Source: Candidatus Jorgensenbacteria bacterium (GTDB lineage Bacteria; Patescibacteriota; Minisyncoccia; UBA6257; GWB1-50-10). Taken from it: a stretch of DNA of 46,758 nt. The notes below the pieces were generated by a model. That model was not told the DNA's origin and searched no databases. It was given only the letters and a program-made list of their open reading frames with translations. The DNA lies in contig DRGK01000003.1 of the NCBI GenBank assembly GCA_011050075.1, forward strand, positions 1 through 46,758, read 5' to 3'. Within the stretch, counting starts at the first letter, position 1; each line of letters starts with the position of its first letter. A program made the position numbers and the translations under genes. Shown in pieces: positions 27,140 to 37,663 of the stretch.

Positions 27140-28885
27140 ATGAAGGAGCTAAGAAAACATGATTTTAATGATCCTATATCGATCAGAGAGACACTAAACT
27201 CTATTAGTACACGGCGGTATATTTTGCCTGCAATTCAGCGCGAGTTTATTTGGAGCACCGATCAAATCATCTGTTTATTCGAATCTATTATGGATAGACT
27301 CATAATAGGTTCGTTTTTGTTTTGGACAACAAATGATGATACGCTACAAAATTTTCATTTTTATCATTTTATTGAAAATTATCATAAAAAAGACAATAGG
27401 CATAATCAGCGCGCTGATGTCACTGGAGAAAAAAATTTAGTAGCGGTTCTTGATGGTCAACAACGATTAACCGCCTTGTATATTGGTTTAAAAGGGTCAT
27501 ACGCCGAAAAAATCAAACATAAGCGACGAAATAACCCGGGTGCTTATCCTGTCAAAAAGTTATACCTTAACTTATTGGACGAAGGAGCAAAGGAATCTTC
27601 TTACGAGTTCGCCTTCTTAGGGCAGCGAGAGATGACCGACAACGCCTCTCAAAAAGCTTATTGGTTTCGAGTTGGAGATATTTTAAACTTTGATAATAAG
27701 GAAGATATAAAACAATATTTGATTGAAAGAAACCTTTTTGATAATAAGTTTGCTCGTCAGGCACTGCAACGATTATGGGAAGCCGTTAACGAAGAAAAAT
27801 ACATTCATTATTTTTTGGAATCGTCCGATGATATTGAAAGGGTCCTTAAATTATTTATACGAGTAAATAGCGCTGGCACGGATCTGACTTATTCTGATAT
27901 GTTGCTTTCCGTAGCCACGGCGCAATGGAAAGGAGATGCTCGTGAAGAAATAACGCAATTCGTTGATAGTATAAATGATATTAAAGATGGATTTGATTTT
28001 AAAAAAGATTTTGTTTTAAAAAGCGCTGCAACATTAGCGGATCTCGACGTGGCGTTCCGAGTTAAAAACTTTAATAGAGAAAATGTAGAAAAAATAGAAA
28101 GCGAGTGGAGTGATATAAAATACTCTGTAGAGTTGGCAATACGTCTTATTGCTAGCTTTGGGTACTGTGAGGAAAATCTTCCTTCTGCTAACGCAGTCAT
28201 TCCAATAGCATACTACTTGAAGAAAATAGGGCATCCCGAAAGATTTATAGACTCAGGACATTTTGAAGAAGAACGGAAGCGCATTAAAAAATGGTTCACC
28301 CTTACTCTCTTAAAGAGGGTATTTAGCGGCCAGTCCGATGCTACACTTAGCTCTATTAGAAAAATATTGCAAGAAAGCGAAGAAACTTTTCCTCTTGAGA
28401 AGATAATTGAGGAGTTCAGGGGTACTAATAAAGGTCTCGAAATTACTGGGCAGGAGTTGGAGAGGATTCTGGAAACAAAGTATGGAAATGCCCTATCTTT
28501 TTCGATTCTTTCTTTAGTTTATCCGTATCTTGACTTAAGAAATAATAAATTTCACAAAGATCATATTTTTCCAAAAAAGTTTTTTAAAAAAGGAGATTTA
28601 TGGAAACTGAGATTTTCTGACGAAGATGTTGAGTTTTATATGGAAAATTATGACAAAATTGCTAACCTACAATTATTGCTTGGACCTGTGAATAACGAAA
28701 AAGGTGGTAAAGATTTTCAGGAGTGGCTTGAGGATTATAATTCTGGCGACCAAAAGAAAAAAGAGCAATTTAAGCGCGATCATCTCATTCCGCTAGATAC
28801 AGATTTAAGTTTCGAAAACTTTAGAGATTTTTTTGGAAAGCGGAGAAAACTTGTTTTTGAAAAAATATTCTCCATTCTTAATTAA
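27140..28885 (+). CDS. GmrSD-like (DUF262 + HNH/DUF1524) modification-dependent restriction protein
   Basis: PAIQREFIW, DGQQRLT and FIRVNSAG (DUF262); DHIFPK and NLQLL...N..K (HNH-like). Confidence 0.85.
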   Translation: MKELRKHDFNDPISIRETLNSISTRRYILPAIQREFIWSTDQIICLFESIMDRLIIGSFLFWTTNDDTLQNFHFYHFIENYHKKDNRHNQRADVTGEKNLVAVLDGQQRLTALYIGLKGSYAEKIKHKRRNNPGAYPVKKLYLNLLDEGAKESSYEFAFLGQREMTDNASQKAYWFRVGDILNFDNKEDIKQYLIERNLFDNKFARQALQRLWEAVNEEKYIHYFLESSDDIERVLKLFIRVNSAGTDLTYSDMLLSVATAQWKGDAREEITQFVDSINDIKDGFDFKKDFVLKSAATLADLDVAFRVKNFNRENVEKIESEWSDIKYSVELAIRLIASFGYCEENLPSANAVIPIAYYLKKIGHPERFIDSGHFEEERKRIKKWFTLTLLKRVFSGQSDATLSSIRKILQESEETFPLEKIIEEFRGTNKGLEITGQELERILETKYGNALSFSILSLVYPYLDLRNNKFHKDHIFPKKFFKKGDLWKLRFSDEDVEFYMENYDKIANLQLLLGPVNNEKGGKDFQEWLEDYNSGDQKKKEQFKRDHLIPLDTDLSFENFRDFFGKRRKLVFEKIFSILN

Positions 28886-28895
28886 GCCAAAAGTC

Positions 28896-30446
28896 ATGAG
28901 TGCTAATATAAAAAATTTAGAAAATAGATTGTGGGAGGCGGCGGATCATATGCGCGCCAATTCTCCGTTGCGTCTTAATGAATTCGCTGAGCCGGTTTTG
29001 GGTTTGATTTTTCTCAAATTTGCAGGCGTAAAACATTCGAAAACCGAAAAAGAGTTAGCCGAAAAGAGAAAAAATAAAGCTAAAAAACTTGGTGGTGCTT
29101 CGGTTTCGCGTGAGCGGCCAGTTTCTTCCGCGGATTATCATGCGCGCGGCACACTCTTTATTCCCGAAAAAGCTCGGTTTTCATATCTTATAGAACTACC
29201 GGAGGGAACGGATATGGGGAGAGCTGTAAATGATGCAATGAAAGGAATCGAAGCCGAAAATAAAGAGCTTGCCGGCATTCTCCCTAAGACATTTCAAAAG
29301 CTGGACAATCGATCCATCATTACGCTTCTCAAAAACTTTAATCAGATTCCAGACGACATTGAAGGGGACGCGTTCGGTAAAATTTATGAATACTTCCTTG
29401 GTAAGTTTGCGCTTGCGGATGGCACTCGCGGAGGCGAGTTTTTCACACCGACAAGCATTGTTAAACTTATCGTGGAAATTATCGAGCCGTATCAAGGCAG
29501 GATTTATGACCCTGCCTGCGGTTCCGGCGGAATGTTTGTGCAGTCGCACGAATTCGTAAAACGGCATCTTGAAAATGGGCAAAAGACAAGAGCTTCGCGT
29601 GAGATCGCTATTTATGGACAAGAAAAAACAGATCAAACTGTTCGCATCGCAAAAATGAACCTTGCAATCCACGGTCTTTCAGGAGATATCCGCGAAGGGA
29701 ATACCTATTATGAGGATAGCCATAAGAGTATTGGAAAATTTGACTTCACTATGGCTAATCCTCCTTTTAATGTGAAAGGAATTGATAAGGAACGTATTAA
29801 GGACGATCCACGGTTTTCGTACGGTATACCCAGAGCGGATAACGGTAATTATCTTTGGATTCAAATCTTTTTAAATTCGCTCAATGAAAAAGGGCGCACA
29901 GGATTTGTTATGTCAAACGCGGCTGGCGACGCCGGTCATAGTGAAAAAGAAATTCGCCAAAAGCTCATTGAAGATGGTTTTGTAGATGTAATGATCGCAG
30001 TGGGTCCGAATATGTTTTATAATGTTGCGCTCTCGGTAACGCTTTGGTTTTTGGATAGGGGTAAGAAGAGGACAAACCGTAAGAACAAGATTCTTTTTAT
30101 TGACGCACGCAATATTTATACGCAGATTGACCGCGCCCATCGCGACTGGACCGACGAGCAGATAGAGCAGATTACAAGCATTGTGAGGAGCTACCGTAGT
30201 GAGAACGGAAAGAAGTACAAAGACATAAAAGGCCTATGCAAGGTAGCGACAATTGATGAAGTAAAGAAGTCCGGCTATTCACTCAACCCCGGCCGATATA
30301 TTGGCGTTGCTGACAATGGAAATGGAGACGACGGTAATTTTGGAGAGAAAGTTAAAAATCTTCACAGCGAATTTAAAGATCTGACTGACGAGGCGCATAA
30401 ATTAGAAAAGAAGGTTTTTGAGAATTTAAAGAAGTTGGATTTTTAA
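28896..30446 (+). CDS. hsdM: Type I RM methyltransferase subunit
   Basis: LWEAADHMR, GEFFTP, YDPACGSGGM and NPPF motifs. Start is ATG 28896. Confidence 0.95.
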   Translation: MSANIKNLENRLWEAADHMRANSPLRLNEFAEPVLGLIFLKFAGVKHSKTEKELAEKRKNKAKKLGGASVSRERPVSSADYHARGTLFIPEKARFSYLIELPEGTDMGRAVNDAMKGIEAENKELAGILPKTFQKLDNRSIITLLKNFNQIPDDIEGDAFGKIYEYFLGKFALADGTRGGEFFTPTSIVKLIVEIIEPYQGRIYDPACGSGGMFVQSHEFVKRHLENGQKTRASREIAIYGQEKTDQTVRIAKMNLAIHGLSGDIREGNTYYEDSHKSIGKFDFTMANPPFNVKGIDKERIKDDPRFSYGIPRADNGNYLWIQIFLNSLNEKGRTGFVMSNAAGDAGHSEKEIRQKLIEDGFVDVMIAVGPNMFYNVALSVTLWFLDRGKKRTNRKNKILFIDARNIYTQIDRAHRDWTDEQIEQITSIVRSYRSENGKKYKDIKGLCKVATIDEVKKSGYSLNPGRYIGVADNGNGDDGNFGEKVKNLHSEFKDLTDEAHKLEKKVFENLKKLDF

Positions 30447-30448
30447 TT

Positions 30449-30892
30449 ATGGATTATCTAAAGCGACAATTTAAATTATGGAAATTTGTCCAAATCTTAA
30501 AGGAAATTTTGAATGATTTAACCCTGGCAACTTATAAACTGCAGCGCCGGTCTTTTTATACGAGAATTAAGGATTATTATTTTTCTAGAGAAAATCCTCT
30601 TGAAGATAAAGAAAATAAAATGACTTTCCCTGTCGCCACAAAGCAATTTAAAGACGCCATTCCTAATGGACATAACCTGGACTCAATGAAACGCAACCTC
30701 GACTTTTTACAAAGAGAATTTGGAGATTATTTTGATCAACTTGTACAAGAGGGTGTGTTAGTGTCGGATAATGACTATCCACCGAGTTATTCCTTGAATC
30801 ATAATTCTCCAAAAGTGTATTGGGTTTTAGGCGTAATGAGTACAGCTGCTTTAATCTGGGGTATTGTGAAAATTTTTGTAAGTACAGAATAA
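30449..30892 (+). CDS. Hypothetical 147-aa protein with a C-terminal TM helix
   Basis: Starts 2 nt after the hsdM stop; TAATG overlap with hsdS; hydrophobic tail VYWVLGVMSTAALIWGIVKIF. Confidence 0.7.
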   Translation: MDYLKRQFKLWKFVQILKEILNDLTLATYKLQRRSFYTRIKDYYFSRENPLEDKENKMTFPVATKQFKDAIPNGHNLDSMKRNLDFLQREFGDYFDQLVQEGVLVSDNDYPPSYSLNHNSPKVYWVLGVMSTAALIWGIVKIFVSTE

Positions 30893-32136
30893 TGCCAAAA
30901 ACAAAATCACAACCGGAAAATTGGCGGAGGGTAAGGTTGGGAGAAGTTATTTTTATCAACCCTGATTCTATTGGTAAAGATTTTTCTTTCCAACAGATTT
31001 TGTATACAGATATATCCTCCGTGGGGGAAGGAACTGCAGAGGATCCGGTAGAGTTACATCTTTCCGAAGCCCCTAGCCGTGCTCGTAGATTGATTAAGAG
31101 TGAAGATACGATTTTATCAACAGTTCGTCCAAATCGTCGCTCATTTCTATACATTAAAAATCCCGAGAAAAATCGTTTAGTTTCTACTGGTTTTGCCGTG
31201 CTTCGAGCTAGTGATCAGATTGATTCAAGGTTTTTGTATTATTTCATTTCGAATCAATCATTTACGGACTACTTATCATTACACGCAAAAGGAGCCACTT
31301 ATCCGGCTGTTGACGCAGATATAATTACTGGCGCTGATATTTCTCTTCCGGAATTAAATGAACAAAAAAAGATTAGCTATGTTCTCTCAACCTACGACAA
31401 TCTTATAGAAAATAACACGAAGCGGATTAAGATTTTGGAAAAAATGGCGCAGGCGATGTATAAGGAGTGGTTTGTATACTTCCGTTTTCCCGGCCATGAA
31501 AAAGTAAAAATGGTTGATAGCAAAACGGATTTAGGCGAGATTCCGGAAGGGTGGGAAGTGAAAAAGCTACCGGAAGTTTTTGATTTTCTTGAGGGTCCGG
31601 GTATTAGAAATTGGCAATATACCCCTACCGGCTGTCCATTTATAAATATTCGGCTTATTCAAAATAATGACATAAATATAAACTCAGCAAACTTTATTTC
31701 CGAGGAAGAGGCGAATGGGAAATACAAACACTTTCAACTGCAAGAACGAGATATGGTTGTATCAACATCGGGAACACTTGGCCGATCTGCGATTGTCAGA
31801 AAAGAACACTTGCCGCTTATACTCAATACATCGGTGATAAGATTTAGGCCGATAGATGGGCGGAGCTATGCTTTTATGTACCAATTTTTAAACGCAGATT
31901 ATTTTCAAAACAAGATATTAAGTATGGCTTCTGGAAGCGCGCAGCCAAATTTTGGCCCTATGCATTTAAAACAGATCGAATTACTTGTACCAAGTCGGAA
32001 TGTATTGAATGCATTTAATAATTTAGTTGGTCCAATATATGGCGGAATGATAGTTTATTTTGCGGAGAATCAAAGATTACGCCAAGCCCGAGATTTGCTT
32101 TTGCCAAAATTAGTAGGTGGAGAAATTAGAATATAG
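30892..32136 (+). CDS. hsdS: Type I RM specificity subunit
   Basis: Two TRDs; LPELNEQKKI, YKEWFVYFRFPG, LGEIPEGW, RDLLLPKL..GEI. Confidence 0.93.
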   Translation: MPKTKSQPENWRRVRLGEVIFINPDSIGKDFSFQQILYTDISSVGEGTAEDPVELHLSEAPSRARRLIKSEDTILSTVRPNRRSFLYIKNPEKNRLVSTGFAVLRASDQIDSRFLYYFISNQSFTDYLSLHAKGATYPAVDADIITGADISLPELNEQKKISYVLSTYDNLIENNTKRIKILEKMAQAMYKEWFVYFRFPGHEKVKMVDSKTDLGEIPEGWEVKKLPEVFDFLEGPGIRNWQYTPTGCPFINIRLIQNNDININSANFISEEEANGKYKHFQLQERDMVVSTSGTLGRSAIVRKEHLPLILNTSVIRFRPIDGRSYAFMYQFLNADYFQNKILSMASGSAQPNFGPMHLKQIELLVPSRNVLNAFNNLVGPIYGGMIVYFAENQRLRQARDLLLPKLVGGEIRI

Positions 32137-32141
32137 TTTTT

Positions 32142-33494
32142 ATGGATAACGAATATTATATCAAATATATCGAGTCTAACTTATACAAAGTAAGTGCATT
32201 TATTGCCGGTATTGTTTTTATCCTCGTGTTGTCTGCTAGTATTGATTCGTGGTTAGAGAAGTTAATTATAAATACACAAATAAGATTTTCTATATACGGT
32301 GCGACTCTTCTTATTTGGACCTGTTTTTGGCTATTTTATAAATATAGATTGCCAAGAAATAAAAAAGGTAAGGTTGGTATTGTTGTGGCTATCCACGCAG
32401 AGACAAACAACGAAGAAATCAGGCTAAAAAATGATTTTATTTCAAAACTAAAAGAGAATATTAATAAAGAGAAATGCGGCGAAGTTATAAATATTATCGT
32501 TCTGAAAAATCATTTTTCGGAGAAACTCGACGATATAGGCAAGGGTTTAAGATTACACAAAAATATAAAGGGACATTTTTATGTTTATGGCCAAGTGAAA
32601 AGAAGAAGTGACGGCGAGAAGAAATACTTTCTAAAACTAGAGGGGTTGGTTGCACATCGCCCTATTAATATCCGCACCCAAGACTTTTTGAAGAAGGAGT
32701 TCGTAAGCATCCTACCGAAACAGATATCGTTTTTTGAAACTTTTGAGTTTAAGGGTTTTGAATTTACTGCTGATATTGTTTATCTTGCGGCACGATACAT
32801 CACAGGAATCGCTGCTTATTTATCGGGGGATCCGATTTTAGCTCATGAATTTCATTCTAATCTTCAGGGAGAATTTAATAAATTCCAGCCACTCCCTCCC
32901 CACTTACAGGTGATAAAGAATAAAATACCCGCACTATTATCTGACGAAGAATTAATTATTGCCCGGCATTATTATTTCAGAAATGAAGCTGGAAACTTAA
33001 AAGAATGGCTTGATAAATCTTTAAAATCTAATCCGAATAATTACGGTGGATGGGTGCTCAAGGCAATAGTAGATTTTCTGCCGACGCTTGACAACAATCC
33101 GGACACTGCTCTGGAAAGCATCAAGAGGGCTCGGAGGTATGCCAGCGCTACTCATGAATGGAGATATAGCCGAGCGTTTTTGTATTTCTGGGTAGAAAAT
33201 TATATAGAAGCTCTTCGTGATTGCGAGAATCTTAAAAACAAATCTTATCATAGTGAAGACATTACTATTAAAGAGGTGGAAGATTTTAATCTACAATTGC
33301 TAAAAGAAAATCCTGGTAAAATCCAGTTATATTTTTGGCTTGGTTACATTAACCTTATCAAAAAGAGAAATTTACCACTGGCTTATAAATACTTTAGTAA
33401 ATTTGAAGAAAAAGCAGATCAAACAATGGATTTACTAAAACAAAAGTCAAACGTTTATCTCTCGCAGATAAAAAGTGAGATGAAATTAAAGTAA
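32142..33494 (+). CDS. Hypothetical membrane protein with 2 N-terminal TMs and TPR-like C-terminal helices
   Basis: 450-aa AT-rich ORF with 5-nt and 7-nt gaps to hsdS and hsdR; NPxN/YFWLGYI-type TPR-like repeats. Confidence 0.72.
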   Translation: MDNEYYIKYIESNLYKVSAFIAGIVFILVLSASIDSWLEKLIINTQIRFSIYGATLLIWTCFWLFYKYRLPRNKKGKVGIVVAIHAETNNEEIRLKNDFISKLKENINKEKCGEVINIIVLKNHFSEKLDDIGKGLRLHKNIKGHFYVYGQVKRRSDGEKKYFLKLEGLVAHRPINIRTQDFLKKEFVSILPKQISFFETFEFKGFEFTADIVYLAARYITGIAAYLSGDPILAHEFHSNLQGEFNKFQPLPPHLQVIKNKIPALLSDEELIIARHYYFRNEAGNLKEWLDKSLKSNPNNYGGWVLKAIVDFLPTLDNNPDTALESIKRARRYASATHEWRYSRAFLYFWVENYIEALRDCENLKNKSYHSEDITIKEVEDFNLQLLKENPGKIQLYFWLGYINLIKKRNLPLAYKYFSKFEEKADQTMDLLKQKSNVYLSQIKSEMKLK

Positions 33495-33501
33495 GATTTT
33501 C

Positions 33502-36500
33502 ATGAACCCATTTTCGGAAGACAAGTTAATTGAGCAAACTGCCGTCAAGATTTTTGGCGGGCTTTGGGGCGCCGAAAATTTTGCCAATGCATATTCAGGC
33601 GAAATGGACGTAGAATTTGGGCGTGAGAATCCGGGAGAAGTGGTGCTGATGAATTATCTCAAAATTGCCTTGGTGAAACTCAATCCTGATGTATCTACCG
33701 AAGCGTTGAATCTTGCGATTGACGAGATTATCAAAGACCGCTCGGCAATGAGTATGGTGAATGCAAACCACGAGGTATGGCAACTGCTTAAAGATGGCGT
33801 AAAGGTTGAGACGGAAAATGAAAAAGGTGAACAGCAAACTGAGACGGTAAAAGTTATTGATTTTGAAAATCCGAAAGAAAATCACTTTATGCTTGTTTCC
33901 CAGTTTTGGATAACAGGCGAGCTGCATAAACGCCGCCCCGATCTGATCGGATTTGTGAATGGTATCCCGCTTGTATTGGTGGAACTGAAGGCATCACACA
34001 AAAATCTTCGTAATGCCTACAGCCAGAATATCCGGGATTACAAAGACACGATTCCACAGCTCTTTTGGTATAACGCCTTCATTATTATTTCCAACGGCAT
34101 TGAAAGCAAAGTTGGTACTATTACTAGCGCGTACGAACATTTCAACGAGTGGAAGAAAATAGATGATGAAAAAGAAGTTGGAAAAGTGAGCTTGGAAACG
34201 GTAATTAAAGGCACCTGCGAGCCGACGCGGCTATTGGATATTGTTGAAAATTTTATTCTTTTTGATGACTCCCGCGGCGAGCGCACTAAAGCGATTTCTC
34301 GATATTTTCAATATTTTGGAGTGAACCGCGCCTTTGAACAAGTGCAAAATCGAGATAAAAATAAGGGCCGGCTTGGTGTTTTTTGGCACACACAAGGATC
34401 CGGCAAATCATATTCAATGGTCTTTTTGTCTCAAAAAGTGTTCCGCAAATTAACCGGGAACTTCACTTTTGTCGTGGTTACAGACCGCAAAGAGCTTGAT
34501 AGGCAGATATACAAGACATTCGCCGCTTGTGGCGCAGTGTATGAGGACGAAGTGCATGCCGATTCTGTAGAGCATCTTCAGCAGTTGCTTAAAGAAGATC
34601 ACCGCCATGTTTTTACGCTTATCCATAAATTTGCCGAGCCGAAAGAGCTATCTAACAGAAATAATGTGATTGTAATGGCTGACGAAGCGCATCGTACGCA
34701 ATATGACCGCATGGCGTCCAATATGCGCATTGCCCTACCAAAAGCGTCATTTATCGGTTTTACCGGTACGCCCTTAATGGTTGGTGGAGAAGAGAAAACT
34801 CGAGAAGCTTTCGGTGATTATATCTCAACATACAACTTCGCACAGTCAGTAAAGGACGGAGCTACAGTTCCACTTTATTACGAAAATCGTGTTCCAAAAC
34901 TTAAGAACGTCAATCCTGATATTCAGAAAGATTTGGAGCGGGTAATGAATTTTTACGATCTTGCGCCGGAAGAAGAGGAAAAACTGGAACAAGAATTTTC
35001 AACTTTTTACCACCTGATCACTCGCGAAGATCGCTTGAATAAAGTCGCGGAGGATATCGTCACACACTTCACTGCTCGGGGGTATAACGGAAAAGCAATG
35101 GTTGTTTCTATTGATAAGAAAACGACCATTCGAATGCATGCCAAAGTCAAAGAACAAATGCAACGCCATTTGGCAAAGTTGAACATCACTCTATCTAAAG
35201 CAGCAGACGAACATGAGAAAGAAAAGATTCAACAAACAATAGAGCAATACGAAGGAATTGACATGGCAGTAGTGGTAAGCCAAGGCCAGAATGAAATCGC
35301 CGACATGGAAGAGTTTGAAATTGATATGCGGCCGCTTAGAGCTCGTATGCAAAATGAAGATTTGGAAACGAAATTTAAAGACCCAGACAGCAACCTGCGC
35401 ATTGTCTTTGTTTGCGCAATGTGGATTACCGGTTTTGATGTTCTTAATCTTTCAACGTTATATCTTGATAAACCGCTTAAGAACCACACGCTCATGCAGA
35501 CCATCGCCCGCGCCAATCGAGTATATCCGGGCAAAACAAACGGCCTTATTGTTGACTACATCGGCGTATTTAGAAACATTCAAAGAGCTCTCGCGATTTA
35601 CGCTACTCCGGAAAGCGGCGCGTCAATTGACGACATTATTAAAGAAAAAGAAGAACTTGTTGAGTTGTTGGTTTCAACTACCACACAGACGAGAGGATTC
35701 TTAAAAAAGCTTGATCTTGATGTTGATGAATTACTGAAAGCAAAGGACACAGAAAAGATACGCCTTGTTGATGTATTTACGAATCGTATTTTGCAGGATG
35801 AACAGACGAAAATGAGATATCTAGATCTTGCATCAGATGCTTATCAACTTTATAAAGCCGTACTACCCGCGCCCAAAGCGGAAGATTATTACCAAGAAGT
35901 TACGGCTTTTAAAGTTATTGCCTCTCGCATCAAAGAGGTTATTGAGGAAGAGGCCGATGTTAGTCAAGTGAAAAAAGACCTTGAAGACTTACTTGATCGT
36001 TCTATCAAGGCGGGTGAATTTGTCATTAAAGCGCCAAAACTAAAAGATCTAAGTCAGATTGATTTTGAGGCGTTGCGAAAGTTTTTTGATGATACGGATA
36101 ATAAAAATATTGCCGCTGAAAGTTTAAGCGCCGAACTTGAAGAAAAAATCAAAGAAATGGCGCGGAAAAATAAACTGCGCAAACATTTTCTTGATCGCCT
36201 TAATTCATTGATTCGAGAATATAATTCAGGGTCTCGCGACCTCGACTCATTTTTTGACGAGCTTCTCGTTCTAGCAAAAGAATTAAGCGAGGAGGACGTA
36301 CGAGCGATAAAAGAAAATCTCACGGAGGAGGAGTTGGCGATCTTTGACCTTCTCGTGAAAGAAAATCTTAACCCTAATGAAGTGGAGAAAGTGAAAAAAG
36401 TCGCGCATGAGCTGATAACCAAACTGAAAAAGGAAAAGTTTGTCTTGGATTGGAAGCGCAAAGAAGAAACACGCGCTGATGTGAAAATAACAATTCGTGA

Positions 36501-36627
36501 TACATTGTACGACAACTTACCCGAGCCGGCATACTCTAAAAAGGACTGCGAAGACCGAACTCAAAAGGTTTATTTCCATATCTACGACAGTTATGTGGAT
36601 GCGGAAATAAATGTTTATACGCGATAA
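33502..36627 (+). CDS. hsdR: Type I RM restriction subunit
   Basis: RPDLIGFVNGIPLVLVELK nuclease motif, HTQGSGKS, DEAHR, FTGTP, QTIARANR. Confidence 0.96.
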   Translation: MNPFSEDKLIEQTAVKIFGGLWGAENFANAYSGEMDVEFGRENPGEVVLMNYLKIALVKLNPDVSTEALNLAIDEIIKDRSAMSMVNANHEVWQLLKDGVKVETENEKGEQQTETVKVIDFENPKENHFMLVSQFWITGELHKRRPDLIGFVNGIPLVLVELKASHKNLRNAYSQNIRDYKDTIPQLFWYNAFIIISNGIESKVGTITSAYEHFNEWKKIDDEKEVGKVSLETVIKGTCEPTRLLDIVENFILFDDSRGERTKAISRYFQYFGVNRAFEQVQNRDKNKGRLGVFWHTQGSGKSYSMVFLSQKVFRKLTGNFTFVVVTDRKELDRQIYKTFAACGAVYEDEVHADSVEHLQQLLKEDHRHVFTLIHKFAEPKELSNRNNVIVMADEAHRTQYDRMASNMRIALPKASFIGFTGTPLMVGGEEKTREAFGDYISTYNFAQSVKDGATVPLYYENRVPKLKNVNPDIQKDLERVMNFYDLAPEEEEKLEQEFSTFYHLITREDRLNKVAEDIVTHFTARGYNGKAMVVSIDKKTTIRMHAKVKEQMQRHLAKLNITLSKAADEHEKEKIQQTIEQYEGIDMAVVVSQGQNEIADMEEFEIDMRPLRARMQNEDLETKFKDPDSNLRIVFVCAMWITGFDVLNLSTLYLDKPLKNHTLMQTIARANRVYPGKTNGLIVDYIGVFRNIQRALAIYATPESGASIDDIIKEKEELVELLVSTTTQTRGFLKKLDLDVDELLKAKDTEKIRLVDVFTNRILQDEQTKMRYLDLASDAYQLYKAVLPAPKAEDYYQEVTAFKVIASRIKEVIEEEADVSQVKKDLEDLLDRSIKAGEFVIKAPKLKDLSQIDFEALRKFFDDTDNKNIAAESLSAELEEKIKEMARKNKLRKHFLDRLNSLIREYNSGSRDLDSFFDELLVLAKELSEEDVRAIKENLTEEELAIFDLLVKENLNPNEVEKVKKVAHELITKLKKEKFVLDWKRKEETRADVKITIRDTLYDNLPEPAYSKKDCEDRTQKVYFHIYDSYVDAEINVYTR

Positions 36628-36628
36628 C

Positions 36629-36670
36629 ACCCCGGAGGAGATCAAAATTATTGAAGGTGAGAGAAATTGA
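36629..36670 (+). pseudogene. Orphan C-terminal fragment resembling a Type IIG/TaqI-C-type RM protein (TPEEIKIIEGERN*)
   Basis: Matches the typical LYGLTxEEIxIIE terminus; begins 1 nt after the hsdR stop. Confidence 0.6.
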
Positions 36671-36787
36671 TAAAGAAGGAATGAAAAAGTACTCCGTGGT
36701 GGTCTAAAAATAGGCTCTAACGTAGTCCAGCTGCTGCCATCGAAAATAATCTTTACAGTCTTAATTCGACGAGATACACTGAACTGT

Positions 36788-37444
36788 ATGAAGAGGAAAT
36801 TGCTCATATATCTCTTGTTTTTCTCTGCTATAACACTAGTCGGAATTGTTTTATTCAGACTCTTTCAGCTTGAGCAGATAATATTTATTAAAGGATTTAC
36901 GCTTGGCGAAACAATTACCGTTGTAATCTTAATCATTGGTCTGTTGATAGGAATGGAAGAAGCAGAAAATGCTTTAAGGCCGTATGTTGATGTTGGTGTT
37001 ATATTCCACAAAGGAGTCAAGAAAACTCGCTTTCAATTTCTCCAAAAATCTAAGATACCAGCTCTTGTTTGGTTAGATATAAGATTGAGAATAAATGGGC
37101 GTGATATAGATTCAAATGAAAGAAAATGGTGGTTGGAAGATAAGCGATTATGGGGTGTAAAACCATGGGTTGTTCGATTTGATAATCGTGCAACATCTGC
37201 TTATGCTCTAAAAAAGGTAACAAACGCTATTATGGAAACAGAAAGCGGTGAGGCTGATTTATTTATTAAAATTTCCGTTGCCCCCATTTTTAGAAAAAAG
37301 GCGCGTTTTTATTACGAAGAAAAACATTATGAATTTAATAAAGACAAAGACAATCCTAGGTGGATAGAGACTAGTTGGGGTATAGAAGATAGATTACATC
37401 CTGGATTTAAGTTTTCAAAAGAAGACAGTTCTCACGATGAGTAG
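36788..37444 (+). CDS. Hypothetical membrane protein (2 N-terminal TMs + soluble domain)
   Basis: 218-aa ORF; TACACT -10 lies 7 nt before the ATG. Confidence 0.72.
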   Translation: MKRKLLIYLLFFSAITLVGIVLFRLFQLEQIIFIKGFTLGETITVVILIIGLLIGMEEAENALRPYVDVGVIFHKGVKKTRFQFLQKSKIPALVWLDIRLRINGRDIDSNERKWWLEDKRLWGVKPWVVRFDNRATSAYALKKVTNAIMETESGEADLFIKISVAPIFRKKARFYYEEKHYEFNKDKDNPRWIETSWGIEDRLHPGFKFSKEDSSHDE

Positions 37445-37493
37445 AAAATATACAAGTTCACTTGTACTCGACGACTTATTTGATAAAATAAAA

Positions 37494-37571
37494 CCAACAT
37501 CGTCCCATAGCCCCAGAAAAATAAACGGCTCAATCCCATTGAGCCGTTTATTTTCGCATTGTTGTGATATT
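37494..37571 (+). repeat. 78-bp direct repeat, copy A (contains a 16-bp-stem hairpin)
   Basis: 76/78 identical to 42642-42719; aaaataaacggctcaa-tccca-ttgagccgtttatttt. Confidence 0.95.
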
Positions 37572-37605
37572 ATTGGGATATAGAGACAAAATCGTCTGGC
37601 AACTA

Positions 37606-37629
37606 GTTCAAATCCCTGTCCGGCAGCCA
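37606..37629 (+). other. Isolated tRNA 3' fragment (T-loop, acceptor strand, CCA; tRNA-Gln-like), att remnant
   Basis: GTTCAAAT-CCCTG-TCCGGCA-G-CCA, with no 5' half upstream. Confidence 0.6.
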
Positions 37630-37663
37630 GTTTGATATAGGTTAGGATTCCGAAGAGTATATT

